From a virus (lineage: Duplodnaviria > Caudoviricetes), in IMG/VR virus record IMGVR_UViG_3300034137_000033, positions 1 to 50,808 of that record: a DNA stretch of 50,808 bases; one strand, 5' to 3'. The notes under the pieces were generated by a model, which had not been told where the DNA came from, ran no database searches, and saw only the letters and a list, made by a program, of their open reading frames with translations. The position numbers and the translations under genes were made by a program. The stretch's first letter is position 1, and every line of letters starts with the position of its first letter. Below are positions 18,934 to 28,507 of this stretch, piece by piece.

Positions 18934-19269
18934 ATGATGACCAAATTTGTAGAACAGTTCGACATGTTCATGAGAGCGCACGAAGCATTTAAGGCCGGGC
19001 GGAATGCCGAAGGCCTTAGCGCTACGCTCTTCCTTCTTGCAAATGGGATCGTTAAGCCGAATGCCAGGGAGTTGTACGAGTTGTGGGAGTCGTCAGTTTA
19101 CGGTGGCTGTGGCTCAGAAGAGCTTTTCCTAACGATGCTCGACTTGGGGATGATTCCGCAGATACTGAGAGAAGCTAAGAATGGCAGCTTCGATGTGCTC
19201 AAAGAGTTCGTTGATGCGGTTGGTCGTCTCGATCAAGACACTCAATACACAGCCCTGAAAGCTGTTTAA
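18934..19269 (+). CDS. Hypothetical protein
   Basis: 111 aa, AATAATAAG-AGGAG leader. Confidence 0.65.
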   Translation: MMTKFVEQFDMFMRAHEAFKAGRNAEGLSATLFLLANGIVKPNARELYELWESSVYGGCGSEELFLTMLDLGMIPQILREAKNGSFDVLKEFVDAVGRLDQDTQYTALKAV

Positions 19270-19371
19270 GACAGTCAAGGATTATTTCGCACTAAATCCC
19301 CCAAGTCATTTTTTATGATATTATGACTGCACAACATATAAAAATAACAAACGATCCTCGGGGGATTAAGA

Positions 19372-20172
19372 ATGTTGAAGCAGCACAATAGTTTCGTTGT
19401 TTTCAAGGCGTATGGCGAAGAAGATGGCGGAACACAAGAGCCGGGGGCTCAACCAGTACCAATCACTTCCACTCCAGAATTCCAAGAAGCTCTCAAAGCC
19501 GAACTAACCAAAGCACTCGCTGCCGAAACTGGTGGTTTGAAGTCAAAGAACTCTGAGATTCTCGCTGAGAAGAAGAAAGTTCAGGATCAGCTCAATGCAA
19601 TTCTCGCGCAAGCTGAGGATGAGCAAGATCAAGCAGCACTGAAGTCAGGCAAGATGGACTTCCAGGCCCTGTTAGACAAGCGTGTTAATGCTGCCAATGC
19701 AACTTGGCAAGAGCGTCTCCAGGCTGAGCAGGCTGAGAAAGAAGAGCTTCGCAAAGTAGCTGATGCCGAGAGGGGTAAGCTGAAGCAATTTCAGATTAAA
19801 CAGTTGATCGGTAACGAGGCTCTGAAGAATGAGTTCTTCCAGCCAAGTGCTATCGACGACCTGATTAACCTCGCTGGAGGCTCGTGGGAGCTTACTGACA
19901 ATGGTGAACTGGTTAGCCGTGATCAACACGGTAATGTTGCGATGGGCAAGTCTGGCCGTGCGCTGACGCCGAAAGAGTGGATCGAAAGCCTCACTCACAC
20001 GAGGCAGCACTACTTCAAACCAATGCTTGGTTCAGGTGGCAAGCAAGGCACTGGTGGAAACGCTCAATCGATGACCCGTGAGGAATGGCAACAGAAGTTG
20101 ATGCTTGGCTCCCCCCAAGAACAAACGGATCTATTTACAAAAAGAGCTAAGGGCGAAATCGTAATTAGCTGA
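19372..20172 (+). CDS. Capsid scaffolding protein
   Basis: Coiled-coil GLKSKNSEILAEKKK, C-terminal HYFKP..GSGG, immediately upstream of the coat gene. Confidence 0.8.
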   Translation: MLKQHNSFVVFKAYGEEDGGTQEPGAQPVPITSTPEFQEALKAELTKALAAETGGLKSKNSEILAEKKKVQDQLNAILAQAEDEQDQAALKSGKMDFQALLDKRVNAANATWQERLQAEQAEKEELRKVADAERGKLKQFQIKQLIGNEALKNEFFQPSAIDDLINLAGGSWELTDNGELVSRDQHGNVAMGKSGRALTPKEWIESLTHTRQHYFKPMLGSGGKQGTGGNAQSMTREEWQQKLMLGSPQEQTDLFTKRAKGEIVIS

Positions 20173-20298
20173 TTAAAGAGTTGCACCCTGGGGCTCTCCC
20201 TGAGCTCCAGTTCCCAAGCTGGTCGGGCCAGCGACTGTTTTGCTCTGTGAGCAACAGATACCTCAAAAACACCAATACAACAATAATAATAAATAGGT

Positions 20299-21468
20299 AT
20301 GCAAATGACGCAAAGTAATGCACTCGTTGTTCTTCCGGCGTACGGGAACAATTTCGAAGCACTGATTAACGAAACGATTCTGCCAGTGGCAATGTCACGC
20401 CTCCGTGGCCAATTGACAATGCCAAAGCTGATCACGGTCAACAAGGCTGACGAGTCGAAGAAAGTCGGTGAGATGATCCGTGTAAATAAGCCAGTTGAAT
20501 TCGACAAGGCTGACGAGCATGGCACTGATGGCTCGGTAGCCACTGACCTCAACGTCGACAAGGTAGAGCTGCGCCTTGATCGCCATGTCTACAAAGAATT
20601 CAAGATGTCAGATCGCGAGTTTACTGGAATGCAGCCAGGTGTAATTCCTGATGCCCTAGCAGCCGCAGTTGACGTCCTGGCTCGCACGGTCAATGAGGCA
20701 ATTTTTGATATGTTCAAAGAAGTCCCGTACTTCTCTGGCAACCTGACCTCAGAAAATGCCCGCGACAAGAAAGACCTGATCGCTGCGCGTAAGTCGCTGA
20801 ACAACCGCAAGGTGCTTGGCGACAAAAATCTGGTGCTCACCTCGGATACCGAAGCTGATTTGCTTGGTGTGTTCACCTCGTACAGCGAACAGCCTGCTGA
20901 AAAAGAAGGCATCATCGGTCGCAGATTCGGGTTCGACATCTACAGCGACGTGCAAGCCCCAACGCACTTTGCTGGTACTGCTTCTGAGAGCAAGGCGATC
21001 AAGCTGGCTGTCGCTGGCAGCGTCGGCTCGTCCATTTTGGTGCTCAGCGGCGCCGGTGCTAACGCTACATTCAAGAAAGGCGACATCATCACTGTTGCAG
21101 GCTCTGAGCAGGTATTCGCCGTTGCCAACGATATTGCTGCTGATGCTGACGGCGCTGTTGCGGTCACCGTTACCGCCCCAATCACCGAAGCCATTGCCGT
21201 CAACACATCCCTGGCAGTGATCGGCGATCACCAGATCGACTTGGCGTTCAGCAAGTCCGCGTTCCTGATCGCGTTCCGTCAGCTTGAAACCCCAGCTAAC
21301 GCTCCTGGCGTAACCATCGCTTCGATGACCGATCCGGAGACTGGTATCACCCTGCGTTTGCTGTCCTGGTACAACGCAAGCACTGAAAGCACTCACTACA
21401 AGATCGAGATCTTCTTCGGCTGCAAAGCTGTTGCTCCTGAGCGCGCCACCCGTCTCGGCGGGCATTGA
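20299..21468 (+). CDS. Major capsid protein (P22-coat-like HK97 fold with insertion domain)
   Basis: KKVGEMIRVNKP, GIIGRRFGFDIYSD, TFKKGDIITVAG insertion, FFGCKAVAPE. Confidence 0.85.
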   Translation: MQMTQSNALVVLPAYGNNFEALINETILPVAMSRLRGQLTMPKLITVNKADESKKVGEMIRVNKPVEFDKADEHGTDGSVATDLNVDKVELRLDRHVYKEFKMSDREFTGMQPGVIPDALAAAVDVLARTVNEAIFDMFKEVPYFSGNLTSENARDKKDLIAARKSLNNRKVLGDKNLVLTSDTEADLLGVFTSYSEQPAEKEGIIGRRFGFDIYSDVQAPTHFAGTASESKAIKLAVAGSVGSSILVLSGAGANATFKKGDIITVAGSEQVFAVANDIAADADGAVAVTVTAPITEAIAVNTSLAVIGDHQIDLAFSKSAFLIAFRQLETPANAPGVTIASMTDPETGITLRLLSWYNASTESTHYKIEIFFGCKAVAPERATRLGGH

Positions 21469-21560
21469 TACACCGGGCTCTCCGGAGCCCATTGGCAACA
21501 CCAAAAGCCCTCGTTTGCTGCGCACCAGCTGCGGGGGCTTTCCACTTTCAGGAGCTCAGA

Positions 21561-21872
21561 ATGAGTGAAGTTACAGCAACAATCGAACGAAATGGCACAG
21601 TCCTGCCCATCGTCACCCCTGGCATTTCTAGAGGGCAATCAGGCCTTACCCAAGGCGCTAAATTCACTACCCAAGTGATCCAAGGCCAAGCCATCTACGT
21701 CTTCTGCAAATCCCTAATTCATGTCGCCGAAGGCACCTCCGTCACTGAATCCGATGCACCCATCGATGCCCGTGGCGGCGTGTATTTGAATGCAAACCGT
21801 GGCAAGCAGATAAGCGTCAGGTTGCTTGCGGGTGAGGATGCGGCGACCGTCTGGATTCACGAGGTTCGCTGA
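21561..21872 (+). CDS. Small virion protein (putative head decoration/fibre anchor)
   Basis: AGGAG RBS, beta-rich 103 aa, coupled to the next gene. Confidence 0.5.
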   Translation: MSEVTATIERNGTVLPIVTPGISRGQSGLTQGAKFTTQVIQGQAIYVFCKSLIHVAEGTSVTESDAPIDARGGVYLNANRGKQISVRLLAGEDAATVWIHEVR

Positions 21873-23656
21873 TGAATATTCTGGGTCGGAATCTGCTATC
21901 CCTCACGGTTTATCACCTACGCCGGGGCGTGCGCCTGGTGATCGGCTCGCCGGTTATCGATGACATCGTCGTGAATCCGGATGGCACCGTCGCGGTCGGT
22001 GGTAGTGGTGGCACGCCTGGGCAAACCATCGTAATCACGTTTCCTGATGGCACAGTGGGCACTGGTGTCGTAGGTAATGGCGGTGGCTGGACGGTGACCT
22101 CGCCTGGTGCTGTCACGCCCGTGCCGGGTGCGCCTGATCTCATCGTCGATCAAGTTCCTACGCCCGACAAACCTTCGGTTCCTGAGCCTGGTGAAATCAA
22201 GCCTGGTGACGGCGGTGGGACTGTGGTTGGAGGTGGTGGTGCTAATCCTGGTGATGGCGTTGAAGTCACGCTGCCAGGTGGTGAGACAGGTTCTGGTGAG
22301 GCTGGGCCTGGCGGTGAGTGGGAGGTTGAGTTTCCGGACGTGCCGCATGATCCAGATCTCGATCCAGGCGACGTCGGTGTCATCACGAATCCCAAGCCGG
22401 GTGAGCCGGTCGTGAATGACATAACGCCAAATCCGGACGGCTCAGTGACTGTCGGTGGCGGCGGCGCGAATCCTGGTGATCAGATCACGGTCACGTTTCC
22501 TGATGGTTCGACTGGCACCGGCACTGCAGATGACAACGGCGACTGGTCTGTAGTGTCACCAGGTGCGCAAGATCCTGCAACCAAGCCAGGTGATGTGACT
22601 GTGGACGCCAAGCCAGATCCCATGGCTGGATCGGTATCTGCGCCGGACGCAATCTATGCCGACATCGCTGGCCTGGAGTTCGTTGAGGTCGCAGACGATG
22701 GTAGCTATATCGCCTGGGAGCAGTTCATTGAGCAGCTAAAACGGATTACCGGCATCAACACGACAGCGAGCCGCTCGATCACTTTTGGTGGTGCCAACGG
22801 GCTTCCAAAGCGCATCTTGAAATTCGGCAGCACATTCATCGCTGCATTCGACGCGCAGTACGTGATCTTTAGCAGTGAGAATGAGCTTACTCAGGGCACT
22901 GCCAGGATTGTCGAGAAGAATTACATCACTGACAGAGCCTGCGACGTCTTCAAGACTGAGCATGCAGCGTACTACCTGCGCAGCGACAACGGGATCGACA
23001 GGCTCACTCGACTTGACGGGGCTGACACCTCGATTGCTCTCGACATCGCTGGTTCCTTCGGCGACCTGAAGTTGCCAGCCATGGCGAGCCTGGGCAGCGA
23101 AGATTGGTTCGTGAACGCTGACTTCAGTATCTCGTACCTGATCAACCCGACCACCTTGGCGGTTAGGCCTGGCCCAGTGTTCAGCGACGTAAGCCTGCAG
23201 ATCGAAGGCGCTGGCGGTGAACTGGCATCGTCGAATGGGCGTGTGTTCGCGAGTGCCAAGAGAACGAGCAATCAAAGCTCTGCAGTCTTCGAGCTCAGCG
23301 AAAACGGCCACAACGTGATCAGTGAAAACGGCGGCAAGGTCATCGCTGGTGACACCCTCTTGCACATCATGAGTGGTTCAGACCTGAGAGTGATCGACCT
23401 GGCTACCAACATCGTGCAGACCGCGACTCTCGATAGCGCTCTAGCAACCGGATACTCACGCGGGGACTTCGCGGTCTTCGTCAATGGCGATGTATCTCTG
23501 ACAGTAACCTATGACGCCGGAAAGACATTCTCAAAAGTATTCCCAGTCGACGGCGACTCAAGCCTAAAATGGATTGATGTAGAAAACTCATCCCTGTTGG
23601 TTACGAGAAACTTTAGAGACTTCGACATGCTTGAATATCAACTCATCGAAGAGTGA
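21872..23656 (+). CDS. Virion fibre-like protein with three bacterial-adhesin-type Ig-like repeats
   Basis: Three copies of P.G..(I/V).(I/V)T(F/L)P.G..G.G.....G.W.V within the first ~250 aa, then a beta-propeller-like region. Confidence 0.6.
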   Translation: MNILGRNLLSLTVYHLRRGVRLVIGSPVIDDIVVNPDGTVAVGGSGGTPGQTIVITFPDGTVGTGVVGNGGGWTVTSPGAVTPVPGAPDLIVDQVPTPDKPSVPEPGEIKPGDGGGTVVGGGGANPGDGVEVTLPGGETGSGEAGPGGEWEVEFPDVPHDPDLDPGDVGVITNPKPGEPVVNDITPNPDGSVTVGGGGANPGDQITVTFPDGSTGTGTADDNGDWSVVSPGAQDPATKPGDVTVDAKPDPMAGSVSAPDAIYADIAGLEFVEVADDGSYIAWEQFIEQLKRITGINTTASRSITFGGANGLPKRILKFGSTFIAAFDAQYVIFSSENELTQGTARIVEKNYITDRACDVFKTEHAAYYLRSDNGIDRLTRLDGADTSIALDIAGSFGDLKLPAMASLGSEDWFVNADFSISYLINPTTLAVRPGPVFSDVSLQIEGAGGELASSNGRVFASAKRTSNQSSAVFELSENGHNVISENGGKVIAGDTLLHIMSGSDLRVIDLATNIVQTATLDSALATGYSRGDFAVFVNGDVSLTVTYDAGKTFSKVFPVDGDSSLKWIDVENSSLLVTRNFRDFDMLEYQLIEE

Positions 23657-23705
23657 TACAATATCCAAATAATAAGATTTGCATTCAAAGCAAACAGGAT
23701 TTCGA

Positions 23706-25046
23706 ATGACAACTAATAAAAAGCGTCCTAGTGACCTTGCAACTGTTTGGGATAAGAATCTCGATGCAGTGTTTCATGTTCATAGGCCTGGCAACTCACA
23801 GAAAGCCACTGTCCGCCAAGTTGTTGATGCAGTGGTTGCAGCAATTCCCACACCTGAACCAGGTGAAGAAACTCCTGTATCTGGCATCGAGACAGGTACA
23901 ATTGTGATGCTGCCGGAGGGTGCATACACTGATTACTTTGAGTGCGATGGAAGTATCAAAGAGAGATCCCTGGCTTCAGAACTGGCTGAAATAATCAATG
24001 GTGGTACTCCGAAATATCAGAGCATCCTTTCGAGCAGTGTTGCCCGTAAATCGCTGACAACTGGTGAAGTCTTGGATGCAGTCTACTTCAAGGGGCTTCT
24101 GTTTACTCTTAATAGCGTTACTCCATTCATTACAGCTTATGATTCGAGTTTCAATCTGGTTTACTCCAATGCATCAGCTTTAGGGCATAAGCGCCTGGTG
24201 GTTACGGATAACGCTCTGTACTTCCTTAATAGCAGCTATAATATTTATTGCGTTCAAGTAAACGGGTCAACGGTCACGGCTACATATGCTGGTGATTCAT
24301 CACAATCTACAAACGGTGGATTCAGCGCTGTCAGTGTTTCCGCTGATGAAGACCTGTTTTGCTGGATCTCCCTGCGTCGCCTATACAACCCCAAAACAAA
24401 CACGAAGCGAAACCTTTCTGGCGTGTTCTCGATTGGCGGGCTCGACCAAGGAAGCACCATAGTGAAGACAGAAAGTGGTCGCATTTTCTTCGTCGGTACG
24501 TATGGAGCTTCAGCGCCTGGCCTGTATGAGATGTTCCTGGATACTGCGGTTCCGACCGTCACATCTGCCAGGCTTGTTCAGTCTATTTACCCTGGGCCTG
24601 ACACGATCAAATGTGCCGGTGATTTCGTGTATTTCGGCGTTGCCGGCATACAGTACAAGCTGAACGCAAGGACGGATCGAGTCACCTCGGTCACATCGCC
24701 ATATTTCGTCAACGCTACCGCTGTTACACACAGCATCGCTTGCCATAACAACTTCCTTTTTGTGAATGGTCTTCGTGCTACGGCCAACAATTTCGGATAC
24801 GTGTCGTTCGACTATGGGAATACGTTCACGAAGCTAGCGGCCTTCAACACAAAGCTTGCTGGAATGCTGATTGATCCAGTCGCTCACAAAGCCGTGTACT
24901 TCGGCGACTCCGGGACGGTGGGATCTGCTGACGGCAGCTCAGGAAACGTGGAGATTCATCAGCTGACTCTGCTCGATAACAACTATTTCAAATTGCCTCT
25001 CGTGACCGGGGCATGTGAGGGGTATCGGTTCTATGTCAAAAAATAA
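23706..25046 (+). CDS. Tail fibre/receptor-binding protein (tail-collar-like motif with beta-rich insert)
   Basis: GTIVML..YFECDGS...LAEII collar motif, C-terminal FKLP, followed by a fibre chaperone. Confidence 0.6.
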   Translation: MTTNKKRPSDLATVWDKNLDAVFHVHRPGNSQKATVRQVVDAVVAAIPTPEPGEETPVSGIETGTIVMLPEGAYTDYFECDGSIKERSLASELAEIINGGTPKYQSILSSSVARKSLTTGEVLDAVYFKGLLFTLNSVTPFITAYDSSFNLVYSNASALGHKRLVVTDNALYFLNSSYNIYCVQVNGSTVTATYAGDSSQSTNGGFSAVSVSADEDLFCWISLRRLYNPKTNTKRNLSGVFSIGGLDQGSTIVKTESGRIFFVGTYGASAPGLYEMFLDTAVPTVTSARLVQSIYPGPDTIKCAGDFVYFGVAGIQYKLNARTDRVTSVTSPYFVNATAVTHSIACHNNFLFVNGLRATANNFGYVSFDYGNTFTKLAAFNTKLAGMLIDPVAHKAVYFGDSGTVGSADGSSGNVEIHQLTLLDNNYFKLPLVTGACEGYRFYVKK

Positions 25047-25419
25047 ACTGCATTTCGACGATGCCGGGTATGTGTACGGGTATGGCGACCTACCGGGCAC
25101 ACAGTTCGTTGAGGTCGAGAATTTTGAAGAAGCACTACAGGCCTTCTCAAGCCGGAAGTCCCTGAGAATCGTCGACGGCGAGCTCGTGATTGAGGTCTCT
25201 CGCGAAGGAAAACAGAAGGAAGTCCTGAGGGCTCGTGATGAGCTGCTTGCTGAGTCTGATCTGCTTCGTGTGAGACTGCTCGATAGTGAGGACATCACCG
25301 GCACTATCGACACTGAGGGGAGGCAGCGACTGGCCGTTTACAGGCAGGCTTTGCGCGACGTAACGCTACAAGACCCATTTGCCGTGGCTTGGCCAACTTT
25401 GGAGACAAACGATGAGTAA
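25033..25419 (+). CDS. Tail fibre assembly chaperone
   Basis: RARDELLAESD...YRQALRDVT..F.VAWP. Confidence 0.8.
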   Translation: MSKNKLHFDDAGYVYGYGDLPGTQFVEVENFEEALQAFSSRKSLRIVDGELVIEVSREGKQKEVLRARDELLAESDLLRVRLLDSEDITGTIDTEGRQRLAVYRQALRDVTLQDPFAVAWPTLETNDE

Positions 25420-25609
25420 AAATAGTGTATGGCTGGAGCTTGATGGGGATCGAGTGCTGGTGGATGCTGGTAGTGCTGCTGAGGGATATTGGCGAGGGCT
25501 GTGGTATTGCGAGCCTGGATCTATTGCGCCTGATCAACCTGAGGCTCCTGTTGAGAAGCCTGCCAGGAAAGTGCGGGTCAAAAAGGTTGTCGAGGGCTCA
25601 GATTCCTAA
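25412..25609 (+). CDS. Hypothetical protein
   Basis: GGAG RBS, overlaps the chaperone stop. Confidence 0.5.
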   Translation: MSKNSVWLELDGDRVLVDAGSAAEGYWRGLWYCEPGSIAPDQPEAPVEKPARKVRVKKVVEGSDS

Positions 25610-25855
25610 GTCTTCTTCAAGTTTCATACCGCGCATGAGGCGCTCGTCTGCGAATATCTCCAGGGCTTTTTTCTTAACTGCATCAGCGAACTCAGTAATT
25701 GGTTGTCCGTTATCAATCGCCTCACGCTGATATTCAGTAGCGCGTTCAATCACTCGAACGTAGTTGTACTCACCGTGCTTCTTTAACGCGACGTGGAATG
25801 GGTTCGCAGGGTCGAAGTTTTCAAGTGCTTGTGCAACTGCGGACTTTACGCTCAT
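25598..25855 (-). CDS. Hypothetical protein (antisense moron)
   Basis: 85 aa, GGA RBS, divergent from the holin. Confidence 0.55.
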   Translation of the reverse strand: MSVKSAVAQALENFDPANPFHVALKKHGEYNYVRVIERATEYQREAIDNGQPITEFADAVKKKALEIFADERLMRGMKLEEDLGI

Positions 25856-25921
25856 AAACACTTATCCGTTTAAAGTGATACAATAAATAATAGACTCACA
25901 TAATAAATAGAAGAAAGTCTA

Positions 25922-26134
25922 ATGTCAATTTCCCAATATGTCACGGTTGAGGCTACCAAGCTTTCGCCGCCAGTCGCAGTAATTACAGCTTCAATAAGCG
26001 GAATGTCAGTCGACGACTGGATTAAAGCCCTGACGGTTTTATATCTTGTTTGCCAAATTACATTCTCTGTACTGAAGAATAGGCGCGAAGCTAAAGAGAG
26101 CGAGGCAAAGAAGGTAGTCGGCGATGCCGAATAA
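25922..26134 (+). CDS. Holin (class II, T7 gp17.5-like)
   Basis: SPPVAV...GMSVDDWIKALTVLYLVCQI with a charged C-terminal tail, upstream of the endolysin. Confidence 0.75.
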   Translation: MSISQYVTVEATKLSPPVAVITASISGMSVDDWIKALTVLYLVCQITFSVLKNRREAKESEAKKVVGDAE

Positions 26135-26588
26135 GCGTATTGCTGGATATACCCTTGCGGCGACTATTAGTATTGCCACTGCTGTTGTTGCCAGCTTTGA
26201 AGGACTTCGAACTACAGCCTATCTAGATCCAATCGGAATTCCCACTATCTGTTACGGACACACAGCTACGGCAAAGATAGGCGACAGCAAAACACCAGCC
26301 GAATGTAAAGAACAGCTTAGTAAAGATCTGCTAATCGCAATCCAGGATGTTGAGAACCGGGTGAAAGTTGACATGACTGTTGAACGTCGTGCCGCGCTTG
26401 TTTCTTTTGTATACAACGTGGGTGGTACGAAGTTTGGGAGCTCAACTCTGCTGAAGAAGCTGAATGGTGGCGACGTCCGTGGTGCCTGCGCTGAGCTGTC
26501 GAAGTGGGTGTACGCCGGGGGTGTGAAGCTCAAAGGGCTTGTTACTAGGCGCGCTGAAGAACGTGCGCTGTGTGAGATCGGGCTATGA
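26124..26588 (+). CDS. SAR endolysin (GH24 lysozyme)
   Basis: N-terminal SAR helix, catalytic E-8-D-5-T (FEGLRTTAYLDPIGIPTICYGHT), GLVTRRAEERALC. Confidence 0.95.
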   Translation: MPNKRIAGYTLAATISIATAVVASFEGLRTTAYLDPIGIPTICYGHTATAKIGDSKTPAECKEQLSKDLLIAIQDVENRVKVDMTVERRAALVSFVYNVGGTKFGSSTLLKKLNGGDVRGACAELSKWVYAGGVKLKGLVTRRAEERALCEIGL

Positions 26589-27043
26589 ACAAGTACCTGC
26601 TGATCGCTCTGTTCGCCATGGCGGCGCTTGTAAGTTGCCTCGTTCTGAAGCATGAGCGTGATGGGCTTATTGGCAGCCTAGAGGCGTCGAACGCTCGCGT
26701 GGCGCAGCTGGAATCCGATGCTACGTCTGCCGCCCTGGCACTTCAAGCTCGTGATGCCTTGGACAAAAAACAATACGAAGAGATGACCAATGCAAAAAAC
26801 GAAAATGAAGGCCTTCGCGCTCAGCTCTCTGCTGGCACTAAGCGGCTGCTCGTCCGCGCCAATTGTCCAAAGCAGCTGCCAACCGTTGCCGGAACCACCA
26901 GCGTGGATGATGGAGCAGAACCAGCGCTTACAGCCGTTGCTGGACAGGATTATCTACGTCTCAGAGAGCAAATAATCGTTACTGAGGCGCAGCTCGCGGG
27001 GCTTAGGGAATACATCCGTCAGGTCGTCCAGGTGGTGAAATGA
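26585..27043 (+). CDS. i-spanin (Rz)
   Basis: N-terminal TM, coiled coil, LSAGTKRLLVRANC, LAGLREYI. Confidence 0.9.
   Translation: MNKYLLIALFAMAALVSCLVLKHERDGLIGSLEASNARVAQLESDATSAALALQARDALDKKQYEEMTNAKNENEGLRAQLSAGTKRLLVRANCPKQLPTVAGTTSVDDGAEPALTAVAGQDYLRLREQIIVTEAQLAGLREYIRQVVQVVK
26805..26975 (+). CDS. o-spanin (Rz1) embedded in Rz
   Basis: Lipobox LALSG-C, Pro-rich PLPEPPAWMM, +1 frame within Rz. Confidence 0.9.
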   Translation: MKAFALSSLLALSGCSSAPIVQSSCQPLPEPPAWMMEQNQRLQPLLDRIIYVSESK

Positions 27044-27996
27044 TGGCAAGCCTGGCAGACAAGACAATCAAGCATCAGATCGCTCTCAGGGGGCAGTTCA
27101 CTCGCGTTGCGAAACAAGCTGCGCTGCATCTCCAGGCACTCAAAGTGGCCATCAAGGCCGAGCTCGACGAAGCCATGACAGCCCGCAACTGGAGCGCTGT
27201 AGCACGTCTCAGGAAGACTTTCGTCACTATCGACAAGCTCATTGCTGACGAGTACGCGCTGATGTCTGAGACGCTCAAGGCGGAGCTTGGCGACCTGTTC
27301 GTGTACGAGTCCGAATTCACAACCAAGCTTCTTGGCTTCGACTTCAGCAACAGTCTGGTCACCGAAAAGCTGGTTGAGAGCATCGTAAGCAGCGACCCGT
27401 TTGACGGCAAAATTCTCGGGGAGTGGCTCGACGAGCAGAAGCTTGCGACACAGATCAAAGTGAAGCAGACGATCCGGCTTGGGGTGCTCAACGGGTTGTC
27501 TACGTCGAAGATCGTGGATGCGTTGTATGCAGAGCCCGGCAATCCTTTCCTGGGTGCGAAGAGGAACGCCGAGGTGATGGTTCGTACAGCATCAGCTCAT
27601 GTCACCTCGCAGGCCTCCCTGAAGACTTTTGAGCGTGTTGGTTTTGGTTCGTATCAGCTGAGTGCTGTGCTCGACTCACGTACCACGCCTGTGTGCCGTG
27701 CCCTAGACGGCAAGATCTACAAGACCTCGGATAAGGCCAGGAAAGTGCCGCCATTTCACCCAGGCTGTCGCACAGTGATGATCGCTGTCGGTGAAGATGA
27801 TCCAGCATTTACTGATGGGTACGAAGACTGGTTGGGCAAGCAGAGTGCCGGCGAGCAAGAGGCGATCCTTGGGCCTGCGAGGTACAGGCTATGGAAGTCA
27901 GGCCAGCCACTGGAAAGCTTCGTGGATCTCGATACCCATCACGTGATCCCGCTTGACCAGCTGAGATCAAAAGAAGTTTTTCTGAATCAAGGATGA
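27040..27996 (+). CDS. Head morphogenesis/minor capsid protein (Mu gpF / SPP1 gp7 family)
   Basis: VRTA, AVLDSRTTPVCRALDG, PPFHPGCR. Confidence 0.9.
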   Translation: MMASLADKTIKHQIALRGQFTRVAKQAALHLQALKVAIKAELDEAMTARNWSAVARLRKTFVTIDKLIADEYALMSETLKAELGDLFVYESEFTTKLLGFDFSNSLVTEKLVESIVSSDPFDGKILGEWLDEQKLATQIKVKQTIRLGVLNGLSTSKIVDALYAEPGNPFLGAKRNAEVMVRTASAHVTSQASLKTFERVGFGSYQLSAVLDSRTTPVCRALDGKIYKTSDKARKVPPFHPGCRTVMIAVGEDDPAFTDGYEDWLGKQSAGEQEAILGPARYRLWKSGQPLESFVDLDTHHVIPLDQLRSKEVFLNQG

Positions 27997-28019
27997 CTTG
28001 TTTTGCCTCTCCTCAGCCG

Positions 28020-28139
28020 CCCCCACTACTGCCTCTTTATTTAAGAGAAAGAAAGGAGAGATCGATAGTAGTGGGGGTAGATCAACACCCGCCGAAGGGC
28101 GAGAACAACCATAAACCCTTGGCTAAGAGAAACGCTTTT
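28020..28139. repeat. Palindrome-AT-rich-palindrome element, copy 2
   Basis: 11-bp inverted repeat CCCCCACTACT (28020-28030) / AGTAGTGGGGG (28067-28077), then AGAGAAACGCTTTT (28126-28139), identical to 2619-2632. Confidence 0.6.
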
Positions 28140-28505
28140 ATGACTTACGCAAGCTACGAAGATTTTAGGAATGAATTCGGAGACGACGATCTGCCTGACG
28201 ACGCCGAAATCAGGGTAGCCAGAGCAATCGACCGAGCATCGCGCTTGGCTGATACGTACATCCGCTCAAATGGCATTACCGTACCCCTGGTCGACCCGGT
28301 AGCTATCGCGGACGTCCGGGGCTCAGTGCTCGATATCGCTCGATACAACTCATGGCCGGACACGGACAGCGAAAATCTCCGCAAGCGCTACGAAGACGCC
28401 CTGGCTTTCCTTGAAGGTGTCGCCACGGGCAAGATCCATCTTGTCTCGCAGGGCCAAACCACCACTGGCTCGAAGCTCACTAATATCCGTCTTTTCCGAG
28501 CCTGA
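28140..28505 (+). CDS. Head-tail adaptor (Mu gp36/DUF1320-like)
   Basis: MTYAS.ED, A..RAS.LAD.Y, DIARY, RYEDALAFLEGVATGKI. Confidence 0.85.
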   Translation: MTYASYEDFRNEFGDDDLPDDAEIRVARAIDRASRLADTYIRSNGITVPLVDPVAIADVRGSVLDIARYNSWPDTDSENLRKRYEDALAFLEGVATGKIHLVSQGQTTTGSKLTNIRLFRA

Positions 28506-28507
28506 TC

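Noticed and set aside
21872-25046. Diversity-generating retroelement or invertible fibre cassette
   Set aside because: No reverse transcriptase, invertase or TR/VR repeat pair seen
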